From the NCBI GenBank assembly GCA_963575745.1, contig CAUYUJ010000082.1, forward strand, positions 1 through 64,000: DNA of 64,000 nucleotides. Reading direction: 5' to 3'. This document shows, one piece after another, positions 61,501 to 64,000 of the stretch (position 1 is the stretch's first letter; each line of letters starts with the position of its first letter). Below the pieces are notes generated by a model that did no database searches, was not told the origin of the DNA, and saw only the letters and a program-made list of their open reading frames with translations. The position numbers and the translations under genes were made by a program. Origin of the DNA: Prorocentrum cordatum (lineage: Eukaryota).

Positions 61501-63384
61501 TACGACGGTGAGGAGGAGGAGGAGGACGCCGTTTACCGTTCCTACTAATGTTGCTTTCCTAAAGGCTCCAACTCCTAGGTATGGTCACACTGGAATATTT
61601 TTTGTGGCTCGGGGCACGGGGGTCTGCAGTGTGTCCGTGTTCGCCTTATACGCGCCTTATACCATTCGCCTTATATTTCGCGCTATTGAAAGTACGCTTT
61701 TCACCTCTACATCCTTATTTACAGTATCCTCCTCCTCCTCCCTCTCCTCCTCCTCCTCCTACGCCCCTCCGCTGACCACATCAGGGCCCAGACTGCTGGA
61801 ACAACTCCTCCGCCTCCTGCTACTCCGCCTCCTCCTCCCTTCCCCTCTGGTCCCTCCTCTTCTTCCTCCTCCTCTTCCTCTTTCGCCTCCTTGTCTATCT
61901 TCCTCCTTTCCCTCCTGCCCCTTTCCCCTGTCCACCTCCTCGTCTTCTTCCTTTTCTTCTCTCCTCCCCGCCTTGCCTGGGTCCTGCTGCACCTCTTCCT
62001 CCTACTCCGTCTACAAGTACACGCGATGAATACCATTATCCTTTTTCCCCTGACTCTGTCCGAAGAGTGTCCCGTCCTCTCCGCGTATTGTTTTTCATTC
62101 ACCGGATTTTATTGCTATACATGTTTTTCCCGGTCGATTCTGGTTCTTCCAAAATGGTGCTCCCCCTGCAGCGCCGCCCGCATGTCCGCGCTTCGGTCAT
62201 TCAAAACCGTGCTCCCGCTGCAGCGCTGGCCTCGTTCAGCGCCTCTGGACGGCATTTGGCATTCGAAAGCGCCCACATCGGGCAGGCACGTTTGCGGAGG
62301 ACATGGAGCCGGCATTTCGGACAGGCCCTGTCCTCTCGTAGAGCGGCCATTTACCCTCCAAAACATTTGGTGTCACCCGCGGTATGTAATGCGATGCTGT
62401 GTTGTGCACCGCCGCGCGATGCCATGCTTTGCGTTGCTATGCTTTGTGATGCAATGCTTCACTACGCAATGCCACGCCATGCTATGACATGCTATGTTCT
62501 GCCGTGCTCTTTTACGCCATGCTTTTCCATCCATCGCGTACCCTCTTGGGATCATTGCCCTGCTCGACATCCGACTGTGCGAATGTGTAGGATATCTACG
62601 CCACTGTAGGGGATGGGAGGGACGGGTAGGACGTCAGATGTGACGCTAGCGCACCTATCTTGCCGCTCCCGCCTCCTCCCTCTCACCTCCCCCCTCCCTC
62701 CTCTCCACCCTCGAAGGCAGCGACGGCGGCAGTGGCGGCGGCGGCGCCGTGCTCCTCTGCGCTTTCCCCCACATCCTAGATAAGGGGGTTCCTTTTATCA
62801 GTGTGACGCCTCCGCCCCCTCCTATTCCTCCTCACCTCCCGCCTTCCCCTCCTCCACTCGTTCTCGTACTCGTTCACGCTCAGACCCGCTCACAGTCGGA
62901 ATCATTTACGCTCAGCCTCATCCGCACCGATACTCATTCTGAGATGCACTCACACTCAGACCCATTCATATTTATAGCCAGCCATATCTATAGTCACGCT
63001 CACATCCAGACCAACTACCGCGACGTAGCAGGCCTAGCACTCGGGCGCCCCAAGTGGAAGCCGCCAGGGGCGGGGGTACTTACCCGTTCGCAGCCAGATT
63101 GTTGGGGTATCTTGAGCAAGGCGCTCGTTTTGAACTTCGGACCCTCTCTAATCAGGGCGCCGTGATCACGGCGAATGCAGCAGGCGAGGACTCTCTCACA
63201 TTTCGTCGCTGACCGCGGGAAGTGCCAGGAAACGGGGTGCACAAGGGGGATCTCCGCGTTGCTCATTTCCGTAACAGCGTTTGGCCAGGGTACCGTTTGT
63301 GGTTTTAAAGAAGGACCGCAGAAGAGGCCCGCAAGGGGGGGCGGGGAGCCCGAGGACCCCCGGTCTCCAGCAGCCGTTTCGCCG

Positions 63385-63930
63385 GAGGAGGAGGAGGAGG
63401 AGGAGGAGGAAGGAGGAGGAGGAGGAGGAGGGGGAGGAGGGGGAGGAGGAGGAGGAGGAGGAGGAGGAGGAGGAGGAGGGCCGACCGGCCCTGATCATGG
63501 ATCTCTCCAGCCACCCCTGAACCAGGAACCAACCCCTCCCCCATACCCCCCTCCCCTCGGGACCCGGGGCGGAGCGCGTCACGCTTCGCGGGCCGAGGAG
63601 CAGGAGGTCGGCTGCATGTTGTGGCTGCCATGAGCAGGGACACTCTAGCAGTCCTGTCACTGAACTACACATGTGTTGAAAATGTGTAAAGCATGTTCTG
63701 AAAAGGTTTCGAGCATGCTTTTAGATACTCACAACACGTTTGAAAACACCTGGAACTCACTTGGCAGCATGCTTCCTCTCCATGAATCGACTTCCACAAG
63801 CTCCTTCCCTCCCTCCCTCCCTCCCTCCCTCCCTCCTCCTCCTCCTCCCCCTCCCCCTCTCCTCCTCCTCCTCCTCCTCCTCCTCCTTCTCCTCCTCCTC
63901 CTCCTCCTCCTCCTCCTCCTCCTCCTCATG
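63385..63930. repeat. (GAG)n (63385-63480) and (CTC)n (63805-63930) microsatellites
   Basis: Direct reading. Confidence 0.9.
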
Positions 63931-64000
63931 GCCAGGGGCAAACGCACGGCCGCGCGCACCCCAAGATGCCTCTCTGCACCGGACGTCGTGGCAGCCCGGG

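Overview
A GC-rich, microsatellite-saturated eukaryotic window. A dinoflagellate origin is inferred from GC splice donors, micro-exons and DNMT-bearing retroelements, but is not proven. Most of it appears to be intron of one + strand WD40-repeat host gene, read here as 4-5 micro-exons (39-82 bp) spread over about 44 kb. Three retrotransposons of different classes are present. (1) A tyrosine-recombinase (DIRS/PAT/Ngaro-type) element at 859-7717 with split direct repeats, a Cys-Pro-rich membrane ORF, gag, RT, RNase H, YR and a C5 cytosine methyltransferase with intact motifs. (2) A minus-strand LINE at about 22997-33234 with open ORF1 and ORF2 (RNase H-APE-RT-C2H2 fingers-degenerate methyltransferase). 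(3) A heavily decayed Copia-order element at about 44700-55290 carrying RING, dUTPase and methyltransferase remnants. The rest is simple repeats, 77-bp and ~100-bp minisatellites with shared termini, ~0.9-1 kb tandem units, hairpins and small retroelement relics. All domain calls are by-eye motif recognition; no searches were run.
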